DNA of 64,000 nt from Candidatus Binatia bacterium (GCA_963666515.2 OY762897.2:928001-992000); one strand, 5' to 3'. Shown: positions 46,259 through 56,530, counted from the first letter of the stretch. The notes: generated by a model from the sequence alone, not told the origin. Numbers and translations: made by a program.

Positions 46259-47074
46259 TCAGTCCGGCTGCGACAGGAAGTCGCCAACGAGCCGGTTGAA
46301 CCGCTCTGCCTGGTCCCAGAAGGCCCAGTGGCCGCAGTGGTTGAAGACGTGGAGTTCCGCGTCCGGGAGCGCCTCGAACAGCAGCACCCCCCTTTCCAGC
46401 GCCACGCCCCGGTCGTTCCTTCCCCAGATGAGCAGCGTCCGGTTCCGGATCTCCGACAGGCGTTCCCCCACGGGCTTCGAGGGAGGCGCCTCCCACCGCT
46501 TCACCATGGCGTCGAAACGGGATCCCGTGCTCATTTCATAACGTTCCGCCACCAGTTCGTCGGTGACCAATTCGCTCCTGAGCAGGGTCTTCAGGGTCAC
46601 CGCCCGCATGTTGTCGAGCGAAGGGGTGTATTCCCGCAACTCCTGGTTGTGCTTCTTTCCCTGGGCCACGGCCGCTGCCGATCCCGGCGGCGACAACGTG
46701 CCGCTGGAGATGAGGACCAGGCGCTGGGCTCGCGGGTCGTCCAGCGCGATTCTTGCCGCGATGTAGGCGCCCATGGAATTGCCGAGGAGATGGAAGCGTT
46801 CCAGCCCCAGCGCGTCGATGAACTTCCGTGCGTGGGTAACCCGGTACTCCATGGAGTAGTCGGCGGGGTTGTCGGTGTTCCCGAACCCGGCCTGGTCGAA
46901 GGCGTACAGGCACAGCCCCGAGGCGGCCAGCGGCTCCATGTTCAGCTTCCAGGCGACGAGGGAGCAGACACCGGGCGCACCCCCATGGATCATGACCACC
47001 GGATGCCCGCTTCCCGCGGTCAGGTAGAACGTCCTGAGCCCGTCGACTTCCAGGTACCGGTGCTCAATGGCCAT
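46259..47074 (-). CDS. Alpha/beta hydrolase, meta-cleavage-product (BphD/MhpC-like) type
   Basis: IHGGAPG, GNSMG, IWGRNDR, CGHWAFWD; RBS GGAGGAG. Confidence 0.8.
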   Translation of the reverse strand: MAIEHRYLEVDGLRTFYLTAGSGHPVVMIHGGAPGVCSLVAWKLNMEPLAASGLCLYAFDQAGFGNTDNPADYSMEYRVTHARKFIDALGLERFHLLGNSMGAYIAARIALDDPRAQRLVLISSGTLSPPGSAAAVAQGKKHNQELREYTPSLDNMRAVTLKTLLRSELVTDELVAERYEMSTGSRFDAMVKRWEAPPSKPVGERLSEIRNRTLLIWGRNDRGVALERGVLLFEALPDAELHVFNHCGHWAFWDQAERFNRLVGDFLSQPD

Positions 47075-47187
47075 GACAGCTCCTCCCATGCTCGTTCGCC
47101 GTCCTCTTGAACGGGGTTCTCCGGTCGTAGTAGAAGCCCCGCGAGAGCCATACAACATTGAACCTTCGCTGAAAAGATGAGGTCGGG

Positions 47188-48957
47188 ATGACCGCGGCAC
47201 CCTCAAGACCATCCGTCTCCGGCGGCGCACCGGGCTGGCTCGGGTGGGCGCGGGAGCATTCCGTGGCGGTGCTGAGCGTCGTGCTCACCGTATGGCTCGT
47301 CATCGTACCCCTCGCTACCCTGATCATCTTCAGCTTTCGCCTGGGCAACCCGTGGGAGCCGGGCGGCTTCACGCTCGATCACTACGCCAGCGCCTATTCC
47401 GATCCGCAAACCTGGTCGATGTTCTTCAACACGGCCCTGCTGGCGGTATTCAGCACCGCCATCTCCGTGGGGCTGGCGACCTTCTTCGCCTTTCTCACCG
47501 AACGCACCGACATGCCGTTCCGGAACGTCGCCTGGGGCCTGATCCTGGTGCCCATGGCCATGCCGGGGCTCCTGTTCGCGGTCTCCTGGACCTTCCTCCT
47601 CTCTCCGCAGATCGGTCTCTTCAACGTGTGGATGCGCAGCGCGGCGGGATGGTTCGGCGTGGAGCTGACCGCCGGGCCGCTGAACATCTACAGCCTCTGG
47701 GGCATGGTCCTGCTGGAGGGTCTGCGCGGCGTCACCACCACCTTCCTGATCATGGTGGGAGCCTTCCGGGCCATGGATCCCAGCCTGGAGGAGGCGGCAC
47801 GGGTCGCCGGCGCCTCCGGGCGCAGGACGTTCTTCGGCATCTTCCTGCCGCTGCTGACGCCGGCCATCCTGGGCGCCACCATGTACAGCTTCATGACCCA
47901 CCTGGAGTCGCTGGAGGTTCCGCTGGTCATCGGGCTGCCGGCGCGGATTCACGTATTCCCCACCTATATCTTCTATACGACACAGCGTTATACGCCTCCC
48001 GAGTACGGCCTCTCCGCGGCCCTCGGGGCCAGCTTCCTGCTGGTGAGCATCCTCCTGGTCTACGCGTACCGCTACGCCATGAGGCAGGAAGGGCGCTTCG
48101 CCACCATCACCGGGAAAGGGTACCGCCCGCGCGTGATGGCGCTGGGGAACTGGCGTTACGTCGCGTTCGCGGTCTTCTTCCTGTATTTCGCCCTCACGAT
48201 TCTGGCACCTAGCTTCGTCCTGCTCTGGAGCTCCCTCCTCCCGGTCTACATGACCCCTTCGTGGGAGCTGTTCTCCGACCTGAACCTGGAGCACTACCGG
48301 GAGATTTTCTCCGACAGCGATGTCTGGGACGCGACTGCCAACACCATCGCCGTCGCATTGGGCGCCGCCACCCTGACCATGCTCCTTTCCCTCGTCGTCG
48401 CCTGGGTCATCCTGCGGAAGCGCTTCCGGGGAAGGACGCTCCTCGACGCCGTCACGTTCCTGCCGCACGCCCTCCCGGGGGTGATCATCGCCATCGCCTT
48501 CATGTTCCTGTACCTCCAGCCGCCGTTCAGCGGACTGCGCCTCTACGGGACGGTGTGGATCATCGTGCTGGGACTCACCGTGAGCTACATCGCCTTCGGC
48601 AGCCGCAACATGACCGCGGCGCTGACCCAGGTCCACGTGGAATTGGAGGAGGCCAGCCACGTATCCGGCGGAAAATGGCTCACGCTCATGCGGCGGATCG
48701 TGCTGCCGCTGGTATTGCCCGCGTTCATCGGCGGCTGGATCTGGGTGGCGTCTCATTCCCTGCGCAACTTCTCCGTGCCGCTGATCCTGGCCACCCGCGA
48801 GAACTGGACGCTGTCGGTGATCATGTGGCGTTCCTGGGAGGACGGCTATCCGGGGCAGACCTCGGCCCTGGGTGTGCTCTTGATCGTTGCGCTGGCGGTG
48901 CTGACGGTGGGCGGCCGCTGGCTGGTGGCGCGCATGAGCCGGCGTCAGGAATCGTGA
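47188..48957 (+). CDS. ABC transporter permease (FbpB-like, duplicated domain)
   Basis: ERTDMP, MDPSLEEAARVAGA, ATITGKGYRP, ELEEASHVSG. Confidence 0.9.
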   Translation: MTAAPSRPSVSGGAPGWLGWAREHSVAVLSVVLTVWLVIVPLATLIIFSFRLGNPWEPGGFTLDHYASAYSDPQTWSMFFNTALLAVFSTAISVGLATFFAFLTERTDMPFRNVAWGLILVPMAMPGLLFAVSWTFLLSPQIGLFNVWMRSAAGWFGVELTAGPLNIYSLWGMVLLEGLRGVTTTFLIMVGAFRAMDPSLEEAARVAGASGRRTFFGIFLPLLTPAILGATMYSFMTHLESLEVPLVIGLPARIHVFPTYIFYTTQRYTPPEYGLSAALGASFLLVSILLVYAYRYAMRQEGRFATITGKGYRPRVMALGNWRYVAFAVFFLYFALTILAPSFVLLWSSLLPVYMTPSWELFSDLNLEHYREIFSDSDVWDATANTIAVALGAATLTMLLSLVVAWVILRKRFRGRTLLDAVTFLPHALPGVIIAIAFMFLYLQPPFSGLRLYGTVWIIVLGLTVSYIAFGSRNMTAALTQVHVELEEASHVSGGKWLTLMRRIVLPLVLPAFIGGWIWVASHSLRNFSVPLILATRENWTLSVIMWRSWEDGYPGQTSALGVLLIVALAVLTVGGRWLVARMSRRQES

Positions 48958-49021
48958 GGGTCCAGGCGCGGGAAGCTTGGTTGACGGCGGGAATGGCGCT
49001 AAGTTAATGGAAACGTCCTGT

Positions 49022-49108
49022 GCCGGGATGGTGGAATGGGTAGACACACGGGACTTAAAATCCCGCGGGCCTCGGCCTGTGCCGGTTCAAGTCCGGCTCC
49101 CGGCACCA
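49022..49108 (+). tRNA. tRNA-Leu (anticodon TAA)
   Basis: GCCGGGA...TCCCGGC-ACCA acceptor, CGGGA-CTTAAAA-TCCCG anticodon arm, long variable arm, GGTTCAAGTCC T-loop. Confidence 0.97.
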
Positions 49109-49147
49109 GCATTCGGAATGACGGAGGGGCCGGAATGACGATGGGGG

Positions 49148-51082
49148 CTAACCTTGTTCGTAAAGGACCTCGCCGGTGCCCCCGGTATCGTAGCCGCCGA
49201 GAGATTCCATCGCCCGCCTGAACTCGTCGGAACGGAGCACCGCCAGCAGGGTGGCGCCGATATCCGATTCGTAGAAGGATCGCAGCAACAACAGGTCGTA
49301 CTGCTCGTCGCCCACCGGGATGAAGTCGAGATTCAGGGCATCGGCCGCGGAAAGAATCCCCAGCCCGGTGTCGGCGAGGCCGCTGGCCACCGCCACCGCC
49401 ACGGCCATGTGGGTGAACTCCTCGTGCTCGTAGCCCTGGATGCTGCTCGCTTCCATACCGAGCTGTCCGAGCTTGAAATCCAGCAGCACGCGGGTGCCGG
49501 AACCGGGCTGGCGGTTGACGAACCGCAGCCCTTCCTTGCCCAGGTCGGCTATGCCCGACAGCCCCCGCGGGTTGCCGCGCGGCACGAGCAGTCCCTGCCG
49601 GCGCTGGACGCAGTGCACCAGCACCACGGGCAGGTCCGGGACCACCCGTTTCACGTCCGGGACGTTGTAGGCGCCGGTGGCGGGGTCCAGCAGGTGGGTG
49701 CCGGCCATGTGGGTCTCGCCGCGGCGGATGGAATGCAGGCCGCCGAGGCTGCCGACGTTGGCGGTGGCGATCTTGAGCCGCGGGTCCCGGCGTTTGAGCC
49801 GGTCCTCCAGCACGCTGATGGAGAGGTCGTGGCTGCCGGTGCACAACACCGTGTGCTCGATCTCCTCCGGCGATCGCAACAGCTCGACGTCGACCTCCTC
49901 GCCGGCGTTGATCCCCTCCACCATGCCCGGGATGCGCAGGAAGCCGTCGGCCCGCACCATGGTGCTGATGACCCCGGCCCCGCGCGCCAGCGGCACGGCC
50001 ATGAGCCGGTCCTCGACCCTGCCGAGGGTGACCCGGACGAATTCCTCCAGGCCCAGCCGGGAGGGAATCTTTCGGGGCGCAACGGCGCGGGCCGTGGGAG
50101 GGGAGGCGGGGCCCGCGCCCAGCATTTTCCGCAGCGCCGGTTGAAGGATCTCGCGGGCGATGACGATGGCGGACACGGGGTAGCCGGGAACGCCGATGAC
50201 GGGTTTGCCGGCCGCGGCTCCCAGGACCGCGGGTTTTCCCGGCATGACCTCGATGCCGTGCGCCAGCAGCTCGCCGGCGCCGGCGATCACCTCCGCGGTG
50301 AAGTCGTGCTCGCCGGCGGACGATCCGGCGATGAGGGCGACCAGGTGGTGGTCCGGCAGGGCGTCGCGGAGGGCCTGCTCCAGCAGCGCCGGGTCGTCGG
50401 CGACCGCGGGAAAGACCTCCGGCGCGCCGCCGCACTCGGCGACCATGGCTCCCAGCACGGTGGAATTGAAGTCGATGATCTGCCCGGGCCGCGCCGGCGC
50501 TCCCGGAGCGGTAATCTCGTCGCCCGTGGGGATGATCGCCACCCGGGGCCGGGCCTTGACGCGCACCGTGGTATGGCCCGCCGCCAGCATGGCCCCCAGG
50601 TCGTAGGGCCTCAAACGGTGGTTGCGCGGCAACAGCAGCTCGGTCGCCACCACGTCCTCGCCTACCAGGCGCACGTTCTGCCAAGGGGTGGCGGCCTCGT
50701 CGATGGACACGGCGTCCCCGCCCTGGTCGCGCACCTTCTCGATCATGATCACCGCGTTGGCCCAGGACGGCAGCGGCTGGCCGGTGTCCAGCCAGGCGAA
50801 GCACCCTTCGGGGTGATCCTCGTCGGCAAGCAACCGGAGTTGCCGGGGCGCGAATTCGGTGGCCCCGAAGGTATCCTCCGCGCGCACGCAGATGCCGTCC
50901 ATGGCGGAGCCGTGGTAGTGGGGCGAGGAGATCCGGGCGAACACCGGCTCGGCGGTGATCCGGTGCAGGGCCTCGCCCACGTCCACCGTCTCGTCCTCCA
51001 GGCGCGCGCCGTCGACGCGGCCCAGGAACAACTCCCGCGCCTCGGTCAGCGGAGTCTTCTTGAGGTATCGTTTGCGTGCCAT
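49148..51082 (-). CDS. Molybdopterin biosynthesis protein, MoeA fused to a PBP-like domain
   Basis: SAMDGICV, IIPTGDE, PGKP, GVPGYPVS; C-terminal GSHD, GSLGGL, NRQPGSGTRVLLD. Confidence 0.92.
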   Translation of the reverse strand: MARKRYLKKTPLTEARELFLGRVDGARLEDETVDVGEALHRITAEPVFARISSPHYHGSAMDGICVRAEDTFGATEFAPRQLRLLADEDHPEGCFAWLDTGQPLPSWANAVIMIEKVRDQGGDAVSIDEAATPWQNVRLVGEDVVATELLLPRNHRLRPYDLGAMLAAGHTTVRVKARPRVAIIPTGDEITAPGAPARPGQIIDFNSTVLGAMVAECGGAPEVFPAVADDPALLEQALRDALPDHHLVALIAGSSAGEHDFTAEVIAGAGELLAHGIEVMPGKPAVLGAAAGKPVIGVPGYPVSAIVIAREILQPALRKMLGAGPASPPTARAVAPRKIPSRLGLEEFVRVTLGRVEDRLMAVPLARGAGVISTMVRADGFLRIPGMVEGINAGEEVDVELLRSPEEIEHTVLCTGSHDLSISVLEDRLKRRDPRLKIATANVGSLGGLHSIRRGETHMAGTHLLDPATGAYNVPDVKRVVPDLPVVLVHCVQRRQGLLVPRGNPRGLSGIADLGKEGLRFVNRQPGSGTRVLLDFKLGQLGMEASSIQGYEHEEFTHMAVAVAVASGLADTGLGILSAADALNLDFIPVGDEQYDLLLLRSFYESDIGATLLAVLRSDEFRRAMESLGGYDTGGTGEVLYEQG

Positions 51083-51142
51083 GAACGTCCGTCCCCTACC
51101 GCGCCTGCATCACCCCGTGGGCGGGGGCAGGCTCCCGGCGCA

Positions 51143-52396
51143 TCAGAACAGCAGCACCTCCACCTCGTCACCCTGCTCCAGCCCCTCGCGGTTGAGGTCA
51201 ATGCGGACCATGCCGTCGGCCTTGACCAGGGTGAAGATGGCGCCCGACTTGCTCGGCAGCGGGGAGGCGAACAGGACGTCGCCCCTGCTTTCGAGCGTGA
51301 CCCTCACGTAGTCCTCGCGGCCGGTCTGCGACGGCACGTTGGTGTCGAGCACGGCGCGGACGCTCCTTCGCGGAAGCGGCGCCCCGGGGACGCGCTCGCC
51401 CTCCAGCGCCTGGATCAGCGGCGTCGCGAACAGGTCGAATATCACCAGGGCGGATACCGGGTATCCGGGAAGCCCGAGCACGGGTTTCCCCGCGGCCTCC
51501 GCGTAGATGGTGGGTTTGCCCGGGCTGACGGAGATGCCGTGAAAGAGGATCGTGGCGCCGGTCAGCGACCGGATGACCTCCACCGTCACGTCGCGCGTCC
51601 CCATGGAGCTGCCGCCGGACAGCAGCACCAGGTCTCCCCACTCCAGGCCTCTCGCCAGCGCCCGGCGCAAGTCGTCGGCGTCGTCGGCCACCACGCCGAG
51701 GTCGTTCAGCTCGGCGCCGCATTCGTCGATGAGCCCCGCCAGCGAGTGCTGGTTGATGTTGCGCACCTGTCCGGGGCGGGGCTCCCTTTCCACGGAAACG
51801 ATCTCGTCGCCGGTGGAGACCAGCGTCACCCGGGGTCGCCGGTAGACCGGCACCGACGCGATGCCGATGCCGGTCAGCGCGCCGAGGTCGTGGGCGCGGA
51901 GCCGCCGTCCCCGGGAAAAGACCGGATCGCCGGCCCGGATATCGTCGCCGACCCGGATGACGTTGTGCCAGGGAGAGGCGCTCCGCTGGATCTCCACCAT
52001 GCCGTCGCCGGTCTCATCGGCGTATTCCACCATCACCACGGCGTCGCTCCCCGGCGGGAGCATGCCGCCGGTGGAGATGCGCACGGTCTCGCGGGGGCCG
52101 ATCCGTCGGGTGGCCTCCTGACCCATCTCCACCGTCCCCGCGAGCTTGAGGTAGGCCGGCAACGCGGGCGCGGCCCCGAAGGTGTCCCGGGCCGCCACCG
52201 CGTAGCCGTCCATGGCCGCCCGGTCGAAGTGGGGCAGGTCCACCGTGGAACGGAGGTCGTCGGCCAGGACCCGGCCTCTCGCGTCGAGGGTAGCGATGAC
52301 CTCGGAATCCACGGGGTCCACCCGGCAGAGGATCGCCAGGGCCTCCGCCGGGGTCACCACCTTGAAGAACGCCTTGGGGTTGCTCGTCGTGTGCAT
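51143..52396 (-). CDS. moeA: Molybdopterin molybdenumtransferase
   Basis: PHFDRAAMDGYAV, ISTGGMLP, STGDE, SGGSSMG, PGKP, GLPGYPVS. Confidence 0.93.
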   Translation of the reverse strand: MHTTSNPKAFFKVVTPAEALAILCRVDPVDSEVIATLDARGRVLADDLRSTVDLPHFDRAAMDGYAVAARDTFGAAPALPAYLKLAGTVEMGQEATRRIGPRETVRISTGGMLPPGSDAVVMVEYADETGDGMVEIQRSASPWHNVIRVGDDIRAGDPVFSRGRRLRAHDLGALTGIGIASVPVYRRPRVTLVSTGDEIVSVEREPRPGQVRNINQHSLAGLIDECGAELNDLGVVADDADDLRRALARGLEWGDLVLLSGGSSMGTRDVTVEVIRSLTGATILFHGISVSPGKPTIYAEAAGKPVLGLPGYPVSALVIFDLFATPLIQALEGERVPGAPLPRRSVRAVLDTNVPSQTGREDYVRVTLESRGDVLFASPLPSKSGAIFTLVKADGMVRIDLNREGLEQGDEVEVLLF

Positions 52397-52443
52397 CCCG
52401 TGAGTGGGGTACGGACCCCTGGGACCTGCGCCCCGGGGTGTCG

Positions 52444-53556
52444 TCACCGCTGCGCCAGCGGCACGTTGCCGAACTTCTCGCGGATCTCCCCGGCGATGTG
52501 CTCCAGCGCCTGCTCGCGCGTGTCGTAGAGGCGCTTCAACGCTCGCGGCGGGTGCTTGTTGACGGCGTAGGCGGTCATCAACGGCACGGCGATGGTGCTG
52601 TCCACGTAGCAGACCACCGAGTCGGGAAGCTGGTCGGGGTCCACCTTGCCCCAGCTCACCGCCTCCGCCGGCGTCGCTCCCGACAGCCCGCCCGTGTCTA
52701 CGCGCGCGTCGGTGATCTGGATGAAGTAGTCGAAGCCCTTCTCCTCCAGGCCGAGCACTTCCTGGATGTGAGGCTCGGTCTGGAGCAGGAAGTTCTTGGG
52801 CGATCCGCCTCCCAGGATGACCGCGGCGCTCCGTCCTCCGGCGCGCTTGGCCTCCAGCACCAGGGCGGCGGATTCGTTGACGTCGCGCGAGACGTCGAAG
52901 CGCAGGCCGTTGCCCTTCAAGGCCAGCGCGGCCACGTTCATGCCGATGGAACTGTCGCCGGGCGAGGAGGTGTACACCGGCACGCCGCTCCGGTAGGCCG
53001 CGGCCAGAAGCGAGCGTCGCTCCAGTCCCAGGATCTTCTCCCGCTCGTCCAGGTACCGGCCCACGCGGTGGTGCATCTCCGCGGTCCCCATCTCCTTCTG
53101 GAACTCCGGGGCCTTCAGGATCTCGCGGAAGAAGTCGTCGGTGGAGATGAGCACGTCGTAGTCGAAGAAGATGTCGTAGATGCGCACCACGCCCTGCTCG
53201 CGCAGGTCGACGTCGTCGGCGTCGAAGGCGCCCCGGTGCATGGTGAGGCCGATGGCGAAGTGGGTGTCGTGGTAGAGGTTCGCGCCGGTGCTGACGATCC
53301 AGTCCACGAAGCCGTTCTCGATGAGCGGAATGAACGCGGTCATGCCGAGCCCGGCCGGGGTGAGCGCGCCGGTGATGCTCAGTCCCACGGTGACGTCGTC
53401 CGCGAGGATCTTCTCGGTGAACAACTGGCACGCCTCGCGCAGCCGCCCGCTGTTGTAGGAGACGAAGTTGTCGTCGACGAGGTCCACGATGGTGGTGCCG
53501 GCGTCGATGGGCCTGGGATCGATCTTCCGGCCCGATAGGAGGGATGGCTTGCTCAT
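52444..53556 (-). CDS. Deoxyhypusine synthase-like protein (probable homospermidine synthase)
   Basis: [46 protein letters not shown] (catalytic Lys retained). Confidence 0.9.
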   Translation of the reverse strand: MSKPSLLSGRKIDPRPIDAGTTIVDLVDDNFVSYNSGRLREACQLFTEKILADDVTVGLSITGALTPAGLGMTAFIPLIENGFVDWIVSTGANLYHDTHFAIGLTMHRGAFDADDVDLREQGVVRIYDIFFDYDVLISTDDFFREILKAPEFQKEMGTAEMHHRVGRYLDEREKILGLERRSLLAAAYRSGVPVYTSSPGDSSIGMNVAALALKGNGLRFDVSRDVNESAALVLEAKRAGGRSAAVILGGGSPKNFLLQTEPHIQEVLGLEEKGFDYFIQITDARVDTGGLSGATPAEAVSWGKVDPDQLPDSVVCYVDSTIAVPLMTAYAVNKHPPRALKRLYDTREQALEHIAGEIREKFGNVPLAQR

Positions 53557-53581
53557 GGCGTCATCGCAAGGGCTTCGGAGG

Positions 53582-54331
53582 TTAGTACCCCCCGGCGCGA
53601 GCCGCCTTGAGCCTGCTCTCCCGGATTTGCAGGTAGGCGTTCCGGACGGCGCTGTAAGGGTCGACGCTGCGCTCCAACTGCTCGTAGACCTTGTTGTTGA
53701 GGGAGCGGTTGTTGACGACGTCGGCGGCCCGGATGGACAAGGGCACATAGTAGGGAACGAAGTATCCCAGAGGATTCATGAACGAGTCGGCCGCAATGCC
53801 CACGCCGTCCCGGAACGTGGTCGGCCCAAGCAGCGGCAGCACGAGATAGGATCCGTGGCTGATGCCGTAGACGCCCAGCGTGATCCCCATGTCCTGATTG
53901 CTGGGCTCCAGCCCCAGTTTCACCGCCATGTCGAAAATGCCTGCGATGCCGACGGTGCTGTTGACGACGAAACGGGCCAGCTCACGGCTGGCGCTGACGG
54001 GCTTCCCCTGGAGCGTGTTGTTGACCACCTTTCGGACCACGTCGAGGTTGTGGATGGCATCGCGGACCCCTTTCTGCGCGGGCAGAGGGACGATGGAGCC
54101 ATAGGTGAGGGCCACGGGCTTCAGCAGGAACCTGTCGAAGGCGGCGTTGAACAGGAACATCGTTTCGTTGAACCACTCGACCCGGTCGTAGTGCTGGTCG
54201 CGCGTGCTCAGCTCCGCGGGGACGGGCGGGGCCTGCGCCGGCCCTTCCGCGGGTTCCACCTGGGAAGCGGCGGGTTGGACGACGCTCAGGTGGAGCAGCA
54301 GGACCAGGAGCGGCAACCGTGATTTTCGCAT
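53582..54331 (-). CDS. mlaA: MlaA/VacJ-family protein
   Basis: [59 protein letters not shown]. Confidence 0.9.
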   Translation of the reverse strand: MRKSRLPLLVLLLHLSVVQPAASQVEPAEGPAQAPPVPAELSTRDQHYDRVEWFNETMFLFNAAFDRFLLKPVALTYGSIVPLPAQKGVRDAIHNLDVVRKVVNNTLQGKPVSASRELARFVVNSTVGIAGIFDMAVKLGLEPSNQDMGITLGVYGISHGSYLVLPLLGPTTFRDGVGIAADSFMNPLGYFVPYYVPLSIRAADVVNNRSLNNKVYEQLERSVDPYSAVRNAYLQIRESRLKAARAGGY

Positions 54332-54473
54332 GAGTGTCGCGGGGGAGCGGAAGTTCTCCAAGAATAGCATTGCCGCCCTTGAAAGCAAGTTTCCGCCTGG
54401 TTTGAAAACCGCTCATCGATGGGATACCTTGGCGTTCGGGTTGCGCGCGCAACGCGCCAAGGAAAGCGGGACC

Positions 54474-55682
54474 GTGGAGAAGCCGAACATCGTCCTGGGC
54501 GTGACCGGGGGAATCGCCTGCTACAAGGCCTTGGAGCTGGTGCGGCTTCTGGTGCAGGACTCGTGTACCGTCCGGGTGGTGATGACTCGAGGGGCCGCGG
54601 AGTTCGTCACCCCGTTGAGCTTCCAGACCCTGTCGGGCGCTCCCGTGGCCACCGACCTCTTCGACCTGACCCAGGAGTCGGAGATCGGCCATATCAACCT
54701 CGCGGACGGCGCCGACCTGCTGGTGATCGCGCCGGCCACCGCCAACGTCGTCGGAAAGCTGGCCGCGGGCATCGCCGACGACCTGCTCACCACCGTGGTC
54801 CTGGCCACCCAGGCGCCTCTGCTGGTGGTTCCGTCCATGAACGTGCACATGCTGGCCCATCCCATGGTGCAGGCGAACCTCACGAAGTTGAGGGGCGCCG
54901 GCTACCACGTCATGGAATCGGACGCCGGCTATCTGGCCTGCGGCTACGAGGGCAAGGGGCGTCTTCCGGAACCGACGGCCATCGTCGAGGAGATCCGCCG
55001 GCTGCTAAGGCCCAAGGACCTGGCGGGCGAGAGGATCGTCGTCACCGCCGGGCCGAGCCGGGAAGCTCTTGACCCGGTCCGCTTCATCTCCAACCGGTCG
55101 TCCGGGAAGATGGGCTACGCCCTGGCGCGGGCGGCCGCACGGCGCGGCGCCCAGGTAACGCTGGTGAGCGGCCCCACTGCGTTGCCGGCTCCGGAAGGGG
55201 TGAGGACGGTGCAGGTCGTCACGGCCGAAGAGATGCGCGCCGCGGTCCTGGCCGAGTTCGATGCGGCGACCGCGGTGTTCATGGCGGCCGCGGTGGCGGA
55301 CTACCGGCCGCGTTCCGCGTCCGGCAGCAAGATCAAGCGGGGCGATGACAGCGTCCGCCTCGAGTTCGTCCCCAACCCGGACATCGTGGCGGAGTTGGGC
55401 GCGCGGAAGCGGCATCAGATCGTGGTGGGGTTTGCCGCGGAGACCGAGTCGCTGCTGGAAAACGCCCGGAAGAAGCTGCACCGGAAGAACCTCGACCTGC
55501 TGGTGGCCAACGACGTGACGCAGGAGGGCAGCGGCTTCGACGTGGATACCAACGCCGTCACGCTGCTGGACAGGGACGGCACGGTCACGCCGCTGCCGGT
55601 CATGAGCAAGGACGACGCGGCCGGCCGCATCTGCGACTGGTTCCTCCAGCACAAGAATCAATCCCAACGCCGCGGCGCCTAG
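54474..55682 (+). CDS. coaBC: Phosphopantothenoylcysteine decarboxylase/synthetase
   Basis: GVTGGIACYK, APATAN, PSMN, TAGPSRE.LDPVRFISNRSSGKMG, GFAAET. Confidence 0.96.
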   Translation: MEKPNIVLGVTGGIACYKALELVRLLVQDSCTVRVVMTRGAAEFVTPLSFQTLSGAPVATDLFDLTQESEIGHINLADGADLLVIAPATANVVGKLAAGIADDLLTTVVLATQAPLLVVPSMNVHMLAHPMVQANLTKLRGAGYHVMESDAGYLACGYEGKGRLPEPTAIVEEIRRLLRPKDLAGERIVVTAGPSREALDPVRFISNRSSGKMGYALARAAARRGAQVTLVSGPTALPAPEGVRTVQVVTAEEMRAAVLAEFDAATAVFMAAAVADYRPRSASGSKIKRGDDSVRLEFVPNPDIVAELGARKRHQIVVGFAAETESLLENARKKLHRKNLDLLVANDVTQEGSGFDVDTNAVTLLDRDGTVTPLPVMSKDDAAGRICDWFLQHKNQSQRRGA

Positions 55683-55704
55683 GGCGACCGCGGGTCGCCC
55701 CTAC
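55681..55704 (-). repeat. GTAG-type REP palindrome
   Basis: Minus strand GTAGGGGCGACCCGCGGTCGCCCT, matching 46195-46220. Confidence 0.7.
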
Positions 55705-55798
55705 GGCATCCCACCTCCGGAGGGAGCGTTGCCATGCCCACGGGATTGTCGTAAACAGAAATCAGGCGCACAGTCGAAGGCGGTTTCACGGGAGCGAC

Positions 55799-56527
55799 AT
55801 GGATACGGTCGGGCCACGGCAGCATTTGGCGGTTGCGACAACCTCCCTCAGGAGTTGCCTGGAGCAGTACCGGGACGCCGGGATTCAGGTGCTGCCCGCG
55901 CGCACGACGGCTGCGCCCGCCGTTGCGCGGGAGGAGGCCGCCGCCGGTCACGGCGAGGCCGGGTCGGCTGCGGACCTGCGGCAACTCCGGGAGGTCCTCG
56001 GCGACTGCCGCCGTTGCGGACTGTGCCAGGGGCGCACGAACATCGTCTTCGGGGTGGGCAACCCCGATGCCGACGTCATGTTCGTCGGAGAGGGGCCGGG
56101 AAGGGACGAGGACCTTCAGGGAGAGCCTTTCGTGGGACGCGCGGGACAGTTGCTCACCGACATCATCACCAAGGGCATGAAGCTCCGGCGTGAGGACGTC
56201 TACATCGCCAACGTGGTCAAGTGCCGCCCTCCGCAGAACCGTGATCCCGAGCCGGACGAGGTCGCATCGTGCGAGCCGTTCCTCATCCGCCAGATCGAGC
56301 TGGTGAAACCGAAGGTGATCATCGCGTTGGGGAAGTTCGCGGCCCAGACCTTGGTGCGGTCCGCGGCGCCGATCTCCCGGCTGCGCGGACAGTGGCGCGA
56401 CTACCACGGCATTCGGCTGATGCCGACCTTTCACCCGGCCTACCTGCTGCGCAATCCAGGGGACAAGAGGCTGGTCTGGGATGATATCAAGAGCGTCCTG
56501 CGGGAGCTCGGGACCGCGGCGGCTTAG
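55799..56527 (+). CDS. Family 4 uracil-DNA glycosylase
   Basis: CRRCGLC, VGEGPG..ED..GEPFVGRAG, NVVKCRPP.NR, TFHPAYLLR. Confidence 0.93.
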   Translation: MDTVGPRQHLAVATTSLRSCLEQYRDAGIQVLPARTTAAPAVAREEAAAGHGEAGSAADLRQLREVLGDCRRCGLCQGRTNIVFGVGNPDADVMFVGEGPGRDEDLQGEPFVGRAGQLLTDIITKGMKLRREDVYIANVVKCRPPQNRDPEPDEVASCEPFLIRQIELVKPKVIIALGKFAAQTLVRSAAPISRLRGQWRDYHGIRLMPTFHPAYLLRNPGDKRLVWDDIKSVLRELGTAAA

Positions 56528-56530
56528 ACG

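Noticed and set aside
49022-49147. tRNA-Leu as an island integration site
   Set aside because: No integrase and no duplicated tRNA-Leu 3' end seen; housekeeping genes follow directly
49154-52528. 1124-aa plus-strand ORF, and similar long ORFs such as 60583-63387, 55679-58033 and 34463-36661
   Set aside because: Antisense shadows of well-supported genes, expected in high-GC DNA
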